From: the human T2T-CHM13v2.0 reference genome, Homo sapiens
Length of the DNA: 64,000 nt
NCBI GenBank assembly: GCA_009914755.4
Contig: CP068257.2
Span: forward strand, 9,984,001 to 10,048,000
Direction: 5' to 3'
Under the pieces are notes generated by a model. That model was not told the origin of the DNA, made no database searches, and saw only the letters and a program-made list of their open reading frames with translations. Position 1 is the first letter of the stretch; the number at the start of each line of letters is the position of its first letter. Positions 1-14,100 of the stretch are shown here, piece after piece. A program made the translations under genes and the position numbers.

Positions 1-1562
1 GCAGATTCTACAAAAAGAGTGTTTCAAAACTGCTTAATCAAAAGAAATGTTCAACTCTGTGAGAGGAATGCACACATCACAAATAAGTTTCTCAGAATGT
101 TTCCTCTAGTTTTTATGTGAAGATATTTCCTTTTCCACCATAGTCCTCAAAGCGCTCCAAATATCCACTGGCCAATTCTCCAAAAAGAGCATTTCAAAAC
201 TGCTCAATCAAAAGAAATTTTCAAATCTGTGAGATGAATGTGCACATCACAAAGAAGTTTCTCAGAATGCTTCTGTGTAGCTTTTATGTGAAGATATTCC
301 ATTTTCCACAATAGGCCTCAAGTGTCTCCAAAAGTCCACTTGCAGATTCTACAAAAAGAGAGTTTCAAAACTGCTCAGTCAAAAGAAAGGTTAAACTCTC
401 TCTGATGAATGCACACATCACAAAGAAGTTTCTCAGAATGCTTCCATCTAGTTTTTATGTGGAGATATTTCCTTTTCCGCCATCGGCCCCTAAGCACTCC
501 AAATATCCACTTATAGATTCTTCAAAAAGCGTGTTTCAAAACTGCTGAATCAAAAGAAAGGTTCAACTCTGTGAGTTGAATGCACATATCAGAGAAAAGT
601 TTCTCAGAATGCTTCTATCTAGTTTATATGTGAAGGTATTTCCTTTTCCATCATACTCATCAAAGCGTTCCAAATATTCACTTGCACATTCTACAAAAAG
701 AGTGTATCAAATCTGCTCAGTGAAAAGAATGGTTCAATTTGGTGAGATAAATGAACACATCATGAGGAAGTTTCGCAGAATGCTTCTGTCTAGTTTTTCT
801 GTGAAAATATTGCCTTTACTACCATAGGACACAATCGCTCCAAATATCTACTTTCAGATTCTACAAAAAGGGTGTTTCAATACTGCTCGATGAAAGGAAA
901 GATTCAACCTGGTGAGATGAACGCACACATCACAAAGAAGTTTCTCAGAAGGCTTCTGTCTAGTTTTTATGTGAAGATATTTCCTTTTACACCATAGGCC
1001 ACAATTCGCTCCAAATATCCACTTGCAGATTCATCAAAAAGACTGTTTCAAAACCCTCAATCAAAAGAAAGTTTCAACACTGTGAGATGAATGCACACAT
1101 CACAAAGAAGTTTCTCAGAGTGCTTCTGTCTAGTTTTTATGTGAAGATATTTCCTTTTCCACCAGAGACCACAAATCGCTCCAAATACCCACTTGCATAT
1201 ACAACAAAAAGAGTGTTTCAAAACTGCTCAATCAAAAGAAAGGTTCAACTCTGTGAGATGAAGGCACTTATCACAGAGAAGTTTCTCAGAATGCTTCTGT
1301 CTAGTTTATATGTGAAGATATTTCCTTTTCCACGATAGACCTCAAACCGCTTCAAATATCCATTTACAGATACTACAAAAAGAGTGTTTCAAAACTGTTC
1401 AATCAAAAGAAAGGTTCAAATCTGTGAGTTGAATGCACAGATCGCCAAAAATTTCTCAGAATGCTTCTGTCTAGTTTTTATGTGAAGATAGTTCCTTTTC
1501 CACAATAGGCCCCAAAACGCTCCAAATATCCCCTTGCAGATACTACAAAAAGATGCTTTAAA

Positions 1563-1574
1563 AACTGCTCAATC
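1563..1574. repeat. Target-site duplication (left copy) of L1 insertion
   Basis: aactgctcaatc immediately 5' of the L1 and again at 1960-1971 right after the (TAA)n tail. The alpha monomer reads through uninterrupted if the L1 and one copy are removed. Confidence 0.8.
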
Positions 1575-1960
1575 TTCTTAATCCAGTCTATATACACCAT
1601 GGAATACTATGAAGCCATAAAAAGTGATGAGTTCATAACCTTTTTAGGGACATGGATGAAATTGGAAGTCATCATTCTCAGTAAACTATCGCAAGAACAA
1701 AAAACCAAACACCGCATATTCTCACTCATAGGTGGGAATTGAACAATGAGATCACATGGACACAGGAAGGGGAACATCACACTCTGGGGACTGTTGTGGG
1801 GTGGGAGGAGGGGGGAGGGATAGCATTGGGATATATACCTAATGCTAGATGACAAGTTAGTGGGTGCAGCACACCAGCATGGCACATGTATACATATGTA
1901 ACTAACCTGCACAATGTGCACATGTACCCTAAAACTTAAAGTATAATAATAATAATAATA
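1575..1960 (+). mobile_element. LINE-1 (L1PA-type) 5'-truncated 3' end: last ~45 codons of ORF2 + 3'UTR + (TAA)n tail; 17-bp inverted L1 piece at the 5' junction
   Basis: 1592-1940 matches the L1 3' end (tacaccatggaatactatgaagccataaaaag...tcactcataggtgggaattgaacaatgag...gggagggatagcattgggatatatacctaatgctagatgacaagttagtgggtgcagcacaccagcatggcacatgtatacatatgtaactaacctgcacaatgtgcacatgtaccctaaaacttaaagtataat). Tail (ataataataataataataa) at 1943-1960. 1575-1591 (ttcttaatccagtctat) is the reverse complement of the L1 segment just upstream (atagactggattaagaa), i.e. a short 5' inversion. It is flanked by a direct repeat aactgctcaatc at 1563-1574 and 1960-1971 (TSD). The 3'UTR motif ctaatgctagatgacaagttagtggg is the older L1PA type, not L1HS/L1PA2 (aatgtaaatgacgagttaatggg). 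Confidence 0.9.
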
Positions 1961-2192
1961 ACTGCTCAATCAAAAGAAATGTTCAACTTTTTGAGATGAA
2001 CACACACATCACAAAGAAGTTTCTCAGCATGCTTCTATTTTTTATGTGAAGATATTTCCTTTTCCAAAATAGGCCAGAAAGGTCTGCAAATATCCACTTG
2101 CAGATTTTACAAAAAGAGAGAATCAAAACTTCTCAATCAAAAGATAGGTTCAGCTGTGTGAGTCTAATGCAGACATCACAAAAAAGTTTCTG

Positions 2193-5100
2193 AGAATGCT
2201 TCTGTGTAGTTTTTATGTGAAGATATTTCCTTTTCCACCATAGGCCTCAAAGCGCTCCAAATATCCACTTGCAGATTCTACAAAAGAGTGTGTCCAAACT
2301 GGTCAATCAAAAGAAAGGATCAACTCTCTGAGATGAATGCACACATCACAAAGAAGTTTCTCAGAATGCTTCTGTCTAGTTTTTATGTGAAGATATTTTC
2401 TTTTCCACAACAGGCCACAAAGCACTCTAAACATCCACTTGCAGATTCTACAAAAAGACGGTTTCAAAACTGCTCAATCAAAAGAAAGGTTCAACTCTGT
2501 GAGATGAATGTACACATTACAAAGACGTTTCTCAGAATGCTTCTTCATAGTTTTTATGTGAGGATATTTCCTTTTCCACCATAGGTCTAAATGTGCTCCA
2601 AATATCCACTTGCAGATTCTACAAAAAGAGTGATTAAAAACTGCTCAATCAAAGGATAGATTCAACTCGGTGAGATGAATGCACACATCCCAAATAAGTT
2701 TCTCAGAATGCTTCTGTGTAGTTTCTATGTGAAGATATTTCCTTTTCCACCAAAGATCTCAAAGCGCTAAAAATATCCCCTTGGAGATTCTACAAAAAGA
2801 ATGTTTCCAAACTGCTCAATAAAAAGAAAGGTTCAACTCTGTGTGATGAATGCACACGTCACAAAGTAGTTTCTCACAATGCTTCTTTGTAGTTTTTATG
2901 TGAAGATATTTCCTTTTCCACAATAGGCCTCAAAGTGCTCGAAACATTGACTTGCACATTCTACAAAACGAGTGTTTCAAAACTGCTCAATCAAAAGAAA
3001 GGTTCAGCTTTGTGAGATGAATGCACACAACACAAAGAAGTTTCTCAGAATTATTTTGTGTGGTTTTTATGTGAAGATATTTCCTTTTTCACACTTGGCC
3101 ACACAACGCACCAAATATCCACTTACAGAATCTGCAAAGACAGAGTTTCAAAACTGCTCTATAAAAAGATAGGCTCAACCCGGTGACTTGAATGCACACA
3201 TCTCAAAGAGGTGTCTCAGAATGCTTCTGCGTACTTTTTGTAAAGATATTTCCTTTTACACCATTCACCACAAAGTGCTCCAAACATCCACCTGCAGATG
3301 TTACAAAAAGAGTGTTTCCAAACTGATCAATGAAAAGAAAGGTTCAACTCTATGAGACGAATTCACACATCATGAAGAAGTTTCTCACAATACTTTTGTG
3401 TAGTTTTTATGTGAAGATATTTCCTTTTCCAAAATAGGCCTTAAAGGACTCCAAATATCCCCTTGCAGATTCTACAAAAAGGGCGTTTCAAAAGTGCTCA
3501 ATCAAAAGAGAGGTTCAACTCTTTGAGGGGAATGCACGCATAGCAAAGAAGTTTCTCAGAATGCTTCTGTGTAGTTTTTATGTGAAGATATTTCCTTTTC
3601 CACAGTAGGCCTCAAAGGGCTACAAATATACACTTGCAGATTCTACAAAAAGAGTGTTTCAAAACTGTTCAATCAAAAGAAAGGTTCAAGTCTGTGAGTT
3701 GAATGCACACATCATAAAGAAGTTTCTCAGAATGCTTATGTGCAGTTTTTATGTGAAGATATTTCCTTTTCCACAATTTGCCTCAAAGCACTCCAAATAT
3801 CCACCTGCAGATTCTGTAAAGATTGTTTCCAAACTGCTCAAAGAAAAGAAAGGTTCAACTTCGTGAGATTAATGCACTCATCACAAAGTAGTTTATCAGA
3901 ATGCTTCTGTGTCATTTTTATGTGAAGATATTTTCTTTTCCACAGTAGGCCTCAAAGTGTTTCAAATATCCACTTGCTTATTCTATTAAAAGAGAGTTTC
4001 CAAACTGTTCAGTCTAAAGAAAGGTTCAACTCTGTGAGATGAATGTGCACATCACAAAGAAGTTTCTCAGAGTTCTTCTGTGTAGTTTTTATGTGAAGGT
4101 ATTTCCTTTTACACAGTAGGCCACAAAGGGCTCCAAATATTCACCTGCAGATTCTCCAAAAAGAGAGTTTCTAAAATCCTCTACCAATAGATAGGTACAA
4201 CTCTGTGAGTTGAATGCACACATCACAAAGAAGTTTCTCAGAATGCTTCTGTGTAGTTTTTATGTGAAGATATTTCAATTTCCACAATAGTCCTCAAAGC
4301 GCTCTAAATATCCACTTTTAGATTCTACTAAAGAGTGTTTTCAAACTGCTCAATCAAAAGAATGGTAAAACACTGTGAGATGAATGCAAAAATCACAAAG
4401 AAGTTTCTCAGAATGCTTCTGTGTAGTTTTCATATGAAGATATTTCCTTTTCCACAATGGGCCTCAAAGCGCTCTGTGAGATGAATGCACACGTCACAAG
4501 ACATTTCCCAGAATGATTCTGTGTACTTTTCCTGTGAAGATACTTCCTTTTCCACAATAGTCCTCAAAGCTTTCCAAATATCCACTTGCAGATTCTACAA
4601 AAAGTGTGTTTCAAAAGTGCTCAATCAAAAGAAATGTTCTACTCTGTGAGATGAATGCAACATCACCAAGAAGTTTCTCAGAATGCTTCCGTGTAGTTTT
4701 TATGTGAAGATATTTCCTTTTACACCATAGACCTCAAATCGCTCCAACTATCCACTTGCAGATTCTACAAAAAGAGTGTTTCCAAACTGCTCATTCAAAA
4801 GAAAACTTCAACTCTGTGGGATGAGTAAACACCTCGCAAAGAAGTTTCACAGAATGATTCTGTGTAGTTTTTATGTGAAGATATTTCCTTTTCCACAATA
4901 GGCCTCAAAGCACCCCTAATATCCACTTGCAGATTCTACAAAAAGAGTGTTTCAAAACTGCTCAATCAAAAAAAGTTTCAATTCTTTGAGTTGAAAGCAT
5001 ACATCACAAAGAACTTTCTAAGAATGCTTCTGTATAGTTTTTATGTGAAGATATTTCATTTTCCACAATAGGCCTCAAAGAGCTCCAAATGTCCACTTCT

Positions 5101-8100
5101 AGTCACTACAAAAAGAGAGTTTCCAAAGTGCTAATGAAAAGAAGGGTTCAATTCTGTGAGATGAATGCATACATCACAAAGAAGTTTCTCAGAATGCTTC
5201 TGATTACTTTTTATGTGAAGATATTTCCTTTTCCACAATAGACCTCAAAGGGCTCCAAATATCCACTTTCAGATTGTACTAGAAGAGTGTTTCAAAAATG
5301 CTCAATCAAAAGAAAGTTTCAACTTTGTGAGGTGAATGCACACATCACAAGAAATTTCTCAGAATGCTTCTGTGTAATTTTTATGTGAACATACTTCCCT
5401 TTCCACAATAGTCAACAAAGCCCTGCAAATATACACTTGCACATTCTAGAAAAAGAGTGTTTCAAAACTGCTCAATCAAAAGAATGTTTCAACCCTGTGA
5501 GGTGAATGCACACATCACAAAGAAGTTTCTCAGAATGCTTCCGAGTAGTTTTTATGTGAAGATATTTCCTTTTCAACCGTAGGCCTAAAAGCACTCCAAC
5601 TATTCACTTGCAGATTCTACAAAAAGAGTGTTTCCAAACTGCTCAATCAAAAGAAAACTTCAACTCCATGAGGTGAGTAAACACAATGCAAATAAGTTTC
5701 ACAGAATGATTCTCCATAGTTTTTATGTGAAGATATTTCCTTTTCCACCACAAGCCGCAAATGTCTTTAAATATCCACTTCCAGGTTCTACAAAAAGAGA
5801 TATTCAAAACTGCTTAATCAAAAGGTAGGTTCGACTCTGTGAGTTGAATGCATACATCACAAAGTAGTTTCTCAGAACGCTTCTGTGTAGTTTTTATGTG
5901 AAGATATTTCCTTTTACACCATAGGCCTCAAAGCGCTCCAAATATCCACCTGGAGATTCCAAGAAAAGAGAAATTCAAAACTGCTTATCAAAAGATAGGT
6001 TCAACTCCGAGAGTTGAATGCACACATCACAAATAAGTTTCTAAGAATGCTTCTGTGTATTTTTTATGTGCAGAAATTACCTTTTCCTCAGTACACCTTA
6101 CAGAGCTGCAAATATCTACCTGCAGATCGCACTAAAAGAGTATTTCAAAACTGCACAATCAAAAGAAAGGTTCACCTCTGTGAAATGAATTCACACATCA
6201 CAAAAAGTATCTCAGACTGTTCCTGTGTAGTTTTTATGTGAAGATACTTCCTTTTACACAATAGCTGTCAAACGCTCCAAATATCCACTAGAAGATTCTA
6301 CAAAAAGAGTATTTCAAAACTGCTTAAACAAAAGAATGCTTCAACTCTGTCAGATGAATGCACACATCACAAAGAAGTTTCTCTGAATGCTTCTGTGTAG
6401 TTTTTATGTGAAGATATTTCCTTTTCCACTGTAGGCTGCAAAAGGCTCCAAATATCCACATGGAGATTCTACAAAAAGAATGTTTCCAAACTGGTCAATG
6501 AAAAGAAAGATACAACTCTGTGAGTTGAATGCACACATCACAAAGAAGTTTCTCAGAATTCTACTGTGTAGTTTCTATGTGTAGATATTTTCTTTTCCAC
6601 AAAAGGCCTCAAAGCGTTCCAATTATCCACTTGCAGATTCTACAAAAAGATTGTTACAAAACTGCTCAATGAAAAGAACGGTTCAACTCAGTGGGTGGAA
6701 TGCACACATCACAAAGAAGTTTCTCAGAATGTTTATGTGTAATTTTTATGTGAAGATAGTTCCTTTTCCGCAATAGGCCTCAAAGCGCTCCAAATATCTA
6801 CTTGCAGATTCTACAAAAAGTGTTTTTCAAAACTGCTCAATCAAAGCAAAAGTTCAACTCTGAGATGAATGCCCACATCACAAAGAAGTTTCTCAGAATG
6901 CTTCTGTGTAGTTTTCATGTGAAGATAATTCGTTTTCCACAATAGGCCTCAAAGCACCCCAAATATCCATTGCATATTCTACTAAAAGCATGTTATAAAA
7001 CTGCTGAATCAAAAGAAAGGTTCAACTCTGTGAGATGAATGCACAAGTCAAAATAAAGTATCTCAGAATGATTCTGTGTAGTTTTTGATGAAGATACTTC
7101 CTTTTCCACAAAAGACCTTAAAGGGCTCCTAATATCCACTTGCAGATTCTACAAAAAGAGAGATTCAAAACTGCTCAATCAAAAGATAGGTTCAACTGTG
7201 TGAGTTGAATGCACACATCACAAAGAAGTTTCTCAGAATGCTTCTGTGCAGTTTTTATGTGAAGATACATGCTTTTCCACAGTAGGCCTCGAAGCGCACC
7301 AAATATCCACTTGTAGATTCTACAAAAAGAGTGTTTCCAAACTGCTCAATCAAAAGCAAGTTTCAACTCTGTGAGATGAATGCACATAACACAAAGTAGT
7401 TTCTCAGAATGCTTCTGTGTATTTTTTGTGTGAAGATATTTCCTTTTCCACAATAGGCCTCAAAGCCCCCCAAATATCCACTTGAAGATTCTACAAAAAG
7501 AGGGTTTTAAAACTGCTCAATCAAAAGAAAGTTTCAACTCTGTGAGATGTATGCACACATCACAAAAAAGTTTCTCAGAATCCTTCTGTGTAGTTTTTCT
7601 GTGAAGATATTTCCTTTTCCAGAATAGCCCTCAAGGCGCTCCAAATATCCACTTGAAGATTCTGCAAAAAGAGTATTTCAAAACTGCTTAATCAAAAGAA
7701 TGCTTCAACTCCGTGTGATGAATGCACATATCACAAAGAAGTTTCTCAGAATGCTACTGTGTAGTTTTTACGTGAAGATATTTCCTTTTCCACCATAGGC
7801 TGCTACGTGGTCCAAATATCCACCTGCAGATTTTACAAAAGGAGAGTTTCAAAACTTCTCAATGAAAAGATAGGTTCAACTATGTGAGTTGAATGCACAC
7901 ATCACAAAGAAGTTTCCCAGAATGCTTCTGTGTAGTTTTTATGTAAAGATATTTCCTTTCTCAAATAGGCCTCAAAGTCCTGTAAATATACACTTCCGGA
8001 TTCTACAAAAGAGTGTTTCAAAGCTGCTCAATCGAAGGAAAATTTCAACTCTTTGTGATGTATGCACTCATCACAAAGTAGTTTCTGTGAATGCTTCTGT

Positions 8101-11100
8101 GTAGTTTTTATGTGAAGATATTTCCTTTTTCACAACTCCAAATATCCACTTCCAGATTCTACAAAAAGAGAGTTTCAAAACTGCTCAATCAAGAGATAGG
8201 TTCAACCCTGTGAGTTGAATGCACACATCAGAAAAAAGTTTCTGAAAATGCTTCTGTGTAGTTTTTATGTGAAGGTATTTCCTTTTCCAACATAGGCCTC
8301 AAAGTGATCAAATTATCCACCTGAAGATTCTACAAAAAGTGTGTTTCCAAACTGTTCAATGAAAAGAAAGGTTCAACCCTGTGAGATGAATGCACACATC
8401 ACAAGGAAGTTTCTCAGAATGGTTCTGTGTAGTTTTTATGTGAAGATGTTTCCCTTTACACGATAGGCCTCAAAGGGCTCCAAATATCCAGTTGAAGATT
8501 ATACAAAAAGAGTGTGTCCAAACTGCTGAATCAAAAGGAAAGTTCAGCTCTGTGAGATAAAAGTACACATCACAAAGAAGTTTCTCAGAATGCTTCTGTG
8601 TAGTTTTTATGTGAAGATGTTTCCTTTTCCACCATAGGCCGCCAAGGTCTCCAAGTATCCACTTTCAGATTCTACAAAAAGAGAGATTCAAAAGTGCTCA
8701 ATCAAAAGATAGATTCAAAACTGTGAGTTAAATGCACACATAACAATGAAGTTTCTCAGAATACTTCTGTGTAGTTTTTATGTGAAGATATTTCCTTTTA
8801 CACAATACGCCTCAAAGCACTAAAAATATCCACTTGCAGATTCTACAAAAATAGTGTTTTAAAACTGCTCAATCAAAAGAAAGTTTCAACTCTGTGAGGT
8901 GAATGCCCACATCACAAAGAAGTTTCTTAGATTGTTTATGTGTAGTTTTTATGTGAAGATATTTACTTTTCCACTGTCGGCCTCAAAGTGCTCCAAATAT
9001 CAACTTATAGACTCGCAAAAACAGTGTTTCAAAACCGCTTAATGAAAAACTAGGTTCATCTCTGTGAGATGAAGGCACACATCACAAAGAAGTTTCTCAG
9101 AATGCTTCTGTGTAGTTTTTATGGGAAGATAATTCCTGTTCCAAAATAGGCCTCAAAGCCCTCCAGATATCCACTTGCAGACTCTACAAAAAGTGTGTTT
9201 CATAACTGTTCAGTCAAAGAAATTTTCAACTCTGTGTGGTGAATGGACTCATCACAAAGTAGTTTCTCAGAATGCTTCTGTGTAGTTTTTTTGGGAAGAT
9301 ATTTCCTTTATCACAAGAGGCCACAAAGGGCTCCTAATATCCACTTGCAGATTCTACAAAAAGAGAGATTCAAAACTGCTCAATCAAAAGATAGGTTCAG
9401 CTCTGTGTGATTAATGCACTCATCACAAAGAAGTTTCTCAGAATGCTTCTGTGCAGTTTTTATGTGAAGATACATGCTTTTCCACAATAGTCCTCAAAGT
9501 GCTCCAAATTTCCACTTGCAGATTTTATAAAAAGATTGTTTCAAAAGTGCTCAATCATAAGATAGGTTCAACTCTGTAAGATGAATGCACACATCAAAAA
9601 GAAGTTTCTCAGAATGCTTCTATGTAGTTTTTACTTGAAGATATTTCCTTTTCCACCTTATGCTGTAAAGGGCTCCAAATATCCACTTGTAGATTCTTCA
9701 AAAAGAGAGATTCAAAACTGCTCAATCAAAAGATAGATTTAACTACGTGAGTTGAATGCACATATCTTAAAGATGTGTCTCAGAATGCTTCTGTCAGAAA
9801 GCTTCTGTGCAGTTTTTATTGGAAGATATTTCCTTTTCCTCTATAGGCTGCGAAGGGCTACATATATCCACTTGCAGATTCTACAAACAGAGAGATTCAA
9901 AACTGCTCAATCAAAAGATAGGTTCAACCTTGTGAGTTGAATGCACACATCACAAAGTAGTTTCTCAGAATGCTTCTGTGTATTTTTTATGTGAAGATAT
10001 TTACTTTTCCACAATAGGCCTCAAAGAGCTCCAAATATCCACTTGTAGATACACAAAAAGAGTGTTTCAAAACTTCTCAATCAAAGGAAAGGTTCAACTC
10101 TTTGAGATGAATGCGCCCATCACAAAGAAGTTTCTCAGAATGCCTCTGTGTAGTTTTTATTTGAAGATATTTGCTTTTCCGCAGTAGGCCTCAAAGCACT
10201 CCAAATATCCAGTTGCAGATTCTACAAAAATAGTGTTTCAAAAGTGCTCAATCAAACAAAAGTTCAACTCTGTGAGATGAATGCACACATCACAAAGAAG
10301 TTTCTGAGAATGCTTCTGTGTAGTTTTTATATGAAGATATTTCCTTTTCCACAATAAACCTCAAAGTGCTCCAAATATCCACTTGCAGATTCTACAAAGA
10401 GAGTGTTTCAAAACTGCTCAATCATAAGATAGGTTCCACACAGTGAGATGAATGCACAAATAACAAAGAAGTTTCTCAGAATGCATCTGTGTTGTTTTTA
10501 TTTTTAGATGTTTCCTTTTACTGCATAGGCTGCAAAGGGCTCAAAATATCCACCTGCAGATTCTACAAAAAGAGAGATTCAAAACTGCTCCATCAAAAGA
10601 AAGGCTCAACTCTGTGAGATGAATGCACACATCACAAAGAAGTTTCTCAGAATGCTTCTGTGTAGTTTTCATGTGAAGATATTGCTTTTCCACAGTAGCC
10701 CTCAAACCGCTCCAAATATCCACTTGCAGATTCTTCAAAAGCAGTGTTTCAAAACAGCTCAATCAAAATAAACGTTCAACTCTGTGAAATGAATGCACTC
10801 ATCACAAAGAAGTTTCTCAGAATTCTTCTGTGCAGTTTTTATGTGAAATTATTTCCTTTTCCACCACAGGCTGCAAAGGGCTCCAAATATCCACTTGCAG
10901 ATTCTACAATAAGAGAGATTGAAAACTGCACAATCAAAAGATAGGTTCAACTCTCCTAGTTGAATGCACACAGCACAAAGAATTTCCTCAGAATGCTTCT
11001 GTGTAGTTTTCTTTGGAAGATATTTCCTTTTCCACCATAGGACCCAAACTCTCTAAATATCCACTAGCAGATTCTACAAAAAGAGTGTTTCCAAACTGCT

Positions 11101-11159
11101 CAGTCAAAAGAAAGGTTCAACTCTGTGAGATGAATGCAAACATCGCCTAGAAGTTTCTC
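2193..11159. repeat. Tandem segmental duplication, copy 1 (8967-bp unit, ~52.4 alpha monomers)
   Basis: Every spot-check of x versus x+8967 is identical (e.g. 2581/11548, 6001/14968, 8101/17068, 10501/19468). All ORFs of the six-frame track recur with exactly +8967 offset and identical translations. Identity starts at 2193 (mismatch at 2192 vs 11159) and ends at 11195 vs 20162 (mismatch at 11196 vs 20163). Confidence 0.9.
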
Positions 11160-14100
11160 AGAATGCTTCTGTGTAGTTTTTATGTGAAGATATTTCCTTT
11201 TCCACCATAGGCCTCAAAGCGCTCCAAATATCCACTTGCAGATTCTACAAAAGAGTGTGTCCAAACTGGTCAATCAAAAGAAAGGATCAACTCTCTGAGA
11301 TGAATGCACACATCACAAAGAAGTTTCTCAGAATGCTTCTGTCTAGTTTTTATGTGAAGATATTTTCTTTTCCACAACAGGCCACAAAGCACTCTAAACA
11401 TCCACTTGCAGATTCTACAAAAAGACGGTTTCAAAACTGCTCAATCAAAAGAAAGGTTCAACTCTGTGAGATGAATGTACACATTACAAAGACGTTTCTC
11501 AGAATGCTTCTTCATAGTTTTTATGTGAGGATATTTCCTTTTCCACCATAGGTCTAAATGTGCTCCAAATATCCACTTGCAGATTCTACAAAAAGAGTGA
11601 TTAAAAACTGCTCAATCAAAGGATAGATTCAACTCGGTGAGATGAATGCACACATCCCAAATAAGTTTCTCAGAATGCTTCTGTGTAGTTTCTATGTGAA
11701 GATATTTCCTTTTCCACCAAAGATCTCAAAGCGCTAAAAATATCCCCTTGGAGATTCTACAAAAAGAATGTTTCCAAACTGCTCAATAAAAAGAAAGGTT
11801 CAACTCTGTGTGATGAATGCACACGTCACAAAGTAGTTTCTCACAATGCTTCTTTGTAGTTTTTATGTGAAGATATTTCCTTTTCCACAATAGGCCTCAA
11901 AGTGCTCGAAACATTGACTTGCACATTCTACAAAACGAGTGTTTCAAAACTGCTCAATCAAAAGAAAGGTTCAGCTTTGTGAGATGAATGCACACAACAC
12001 AAAGAAGTTTCTCAGAATTATTTTGTGTGGTTTTTATGTGAAGATATTTCCTTTTTCACACTTGGCCACACAACGCACCAAATATCCACTTACAGAATCT
12101 GCAAAGACAGAGTTTCAAAACTGCTCTATAAAAAGATAGGCTCAACCCGGTGACTTGAATGCACACATCTCAAAGAGGTGTCTCAGAATGCTTCTGCGTA
12201 CTTTTTGTAAAGATATTTCCTTTTACACCATTCACCACAAAGTGCTCCAAACATCCACCTGCAGATGTTACAAAAAGAGTGTTTCCAAACTGATCAATGA
12301 AAAGAAAGGTTCAACTCTATGAGACGAATTCACACATCATGAAGAAGTTTCTCACAATACTTTTGTGTAGTTTTTATGTGAAGATATTTCCTTTTCCAAA
12401 ATAGGCCTTAAAGGACTCCAAATATCCCCTTGCAGATTCTACAAAAAGGGCGTTTCAAAAGTGCTCAATCAAAAGAGAGGTTCAACTCTTTGAGGGGAAT
12501 GCACGCATAGCAAAGAAGTTTCTCAGAATGCTTCTGTGTAGTTTTTATGTGAAGATATTTCCTTTTCCACAGTAGGCCTCAAAGGGCTACAAATATACAC
12601 TTGCAGATTCTACAAAAAGAGTGTTTCAAAACTGTTCAATCAAAAGAAAGGTTCAAGTCTGTGAGTTGAATGCACACATCATAAAGAAGTTTCTCAGAAT
12701 GCTTATGTGCAGTTTTTATGTGAAGATATTTCCTTTTCCACAATTTGCCTCAAAGCACTCCAAATATCCACCTGCAGATTCTGTAAAGATTGTTTCCAAA
12801 CTGCTCAAAGAAAAGAAAGGTTCAACTTCGTGAGATTAATGCACTCATCACAAAGTAGTTTATCAGAATGCTTCTGTGTCATTTTTATGTGAAGATATTT
12901 TCTTTTCCACAGTAGGCCTCAAAGTGTTTCAAATATCCACTTGCTTATTCTATTAAAAGAGAGTTTCCAAACTGTTCAGTCTAAAGAAAGGTTCAACTCT
13001 GTGAGATGAATGTGCACATCACAAAGAAGTTTCTCAGAGTTCTTCTGTGTAGTTTTTATGTGAAGGTATTTCCTTTTACACAGTAGGCCACAAAGGGCTC
13101 CAAATATTCACCTGCAGATTCTCCAAAAAGAGAGTTTCTAAAATCCTCTACCAATAGATAGGTACAACTCTGTGAGTTGAATGCACACATCACAAAGAAG
13201 TTTCTCAGAATGCTTCTGTGTAGTTTTTATGTGAAGATATTTCAATTTCCACAATAGTCCTCAAAGCGCTCTAAATATCCACTTTTAGATTCTACTAAAG
13301 AGTGTTTTCAAACTGCTCAATCAAAAGAATGGTAAAACACTGTGAGATGAATGCAAAAATCACAAAGAAGTTTCTCAGAATGCTTCTGTGTAGTTTTCAT
13401 ATGAAGATATTTCCTTTTCCACAATGGGCCTCAAAGCGCTCTGTGAGATGAATGCACACGTCACAAGACATTTCCCAGAATGATTCTGTGTACTTTTCCT
13501 GTGAAGATACTTCCTTTTCCACAATAGTCCTCAAAGCTTTCCAAATATCCACTTGCAGATTCTACAAAAAGTGTGTTTCAAAAGTGCTCAATCAAAAGAA
13601 ATGTTCTACTCTGTGAGATGAATGCAACATCACCAAGAAGTTTCTCAGAATGCTTCCGTGTAGTTTTTATGTGAAGATATTTCCTTTTACACCATAGACC
13701 TCAAATCGCTCCAACTATCCACTTGCAGATTCTACAAAAAGAGTGTTTCCAAACTGCTCATTCAAAAGAAAACTTCAACTCTGTGGGATGAGTAAACACC
13801 TCGCAAAGAAGTTTCACAGAATGATTCTGTGTAGTTTTTATGTGAAGATATTTCCTTTTCCACAATAGGCCTCAAAGCACCCCTAATATCCACTTGCAGA
13901 TTCTACAAAAAGAGTGTTTCAAAACTGCTCAATCAAAAAAAGTTTCAATTCTTTGAGTTGAAAGCATACATCACAAAGAACTTTCTAAGAATGCTTCTGT
14001 ATAGTTTTTATGTGAAGATATTTCATTTTCCACAATAGGCCTCAAAGAGCTCCAAATGTCCACTTCTAGTCACTACAAAAAGAGAGTTTCCAAAGTGCTA

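Noticed and set aside
1607-1969. 120-aa minus-strand ORF beginning MSSYYYYYY, and the similar 138-aa + strand ORF at 33400..33816
   Set aside because: They are antisense read-through of the L1 3'UTR and its (TAA)n or A-rich tail. The same spurious peptide appears at both L1 copies.
9770-9800. 13-bp local duplication (gcttctgtcagaaagcttctgtgcag) as a regulatory or insertion signal
   Set aside because: It is a small replication-slippage-type duplication within one monomer. It is mirrored at 18737-18767 only because it lies inside the 8967-bp duplicated unit.
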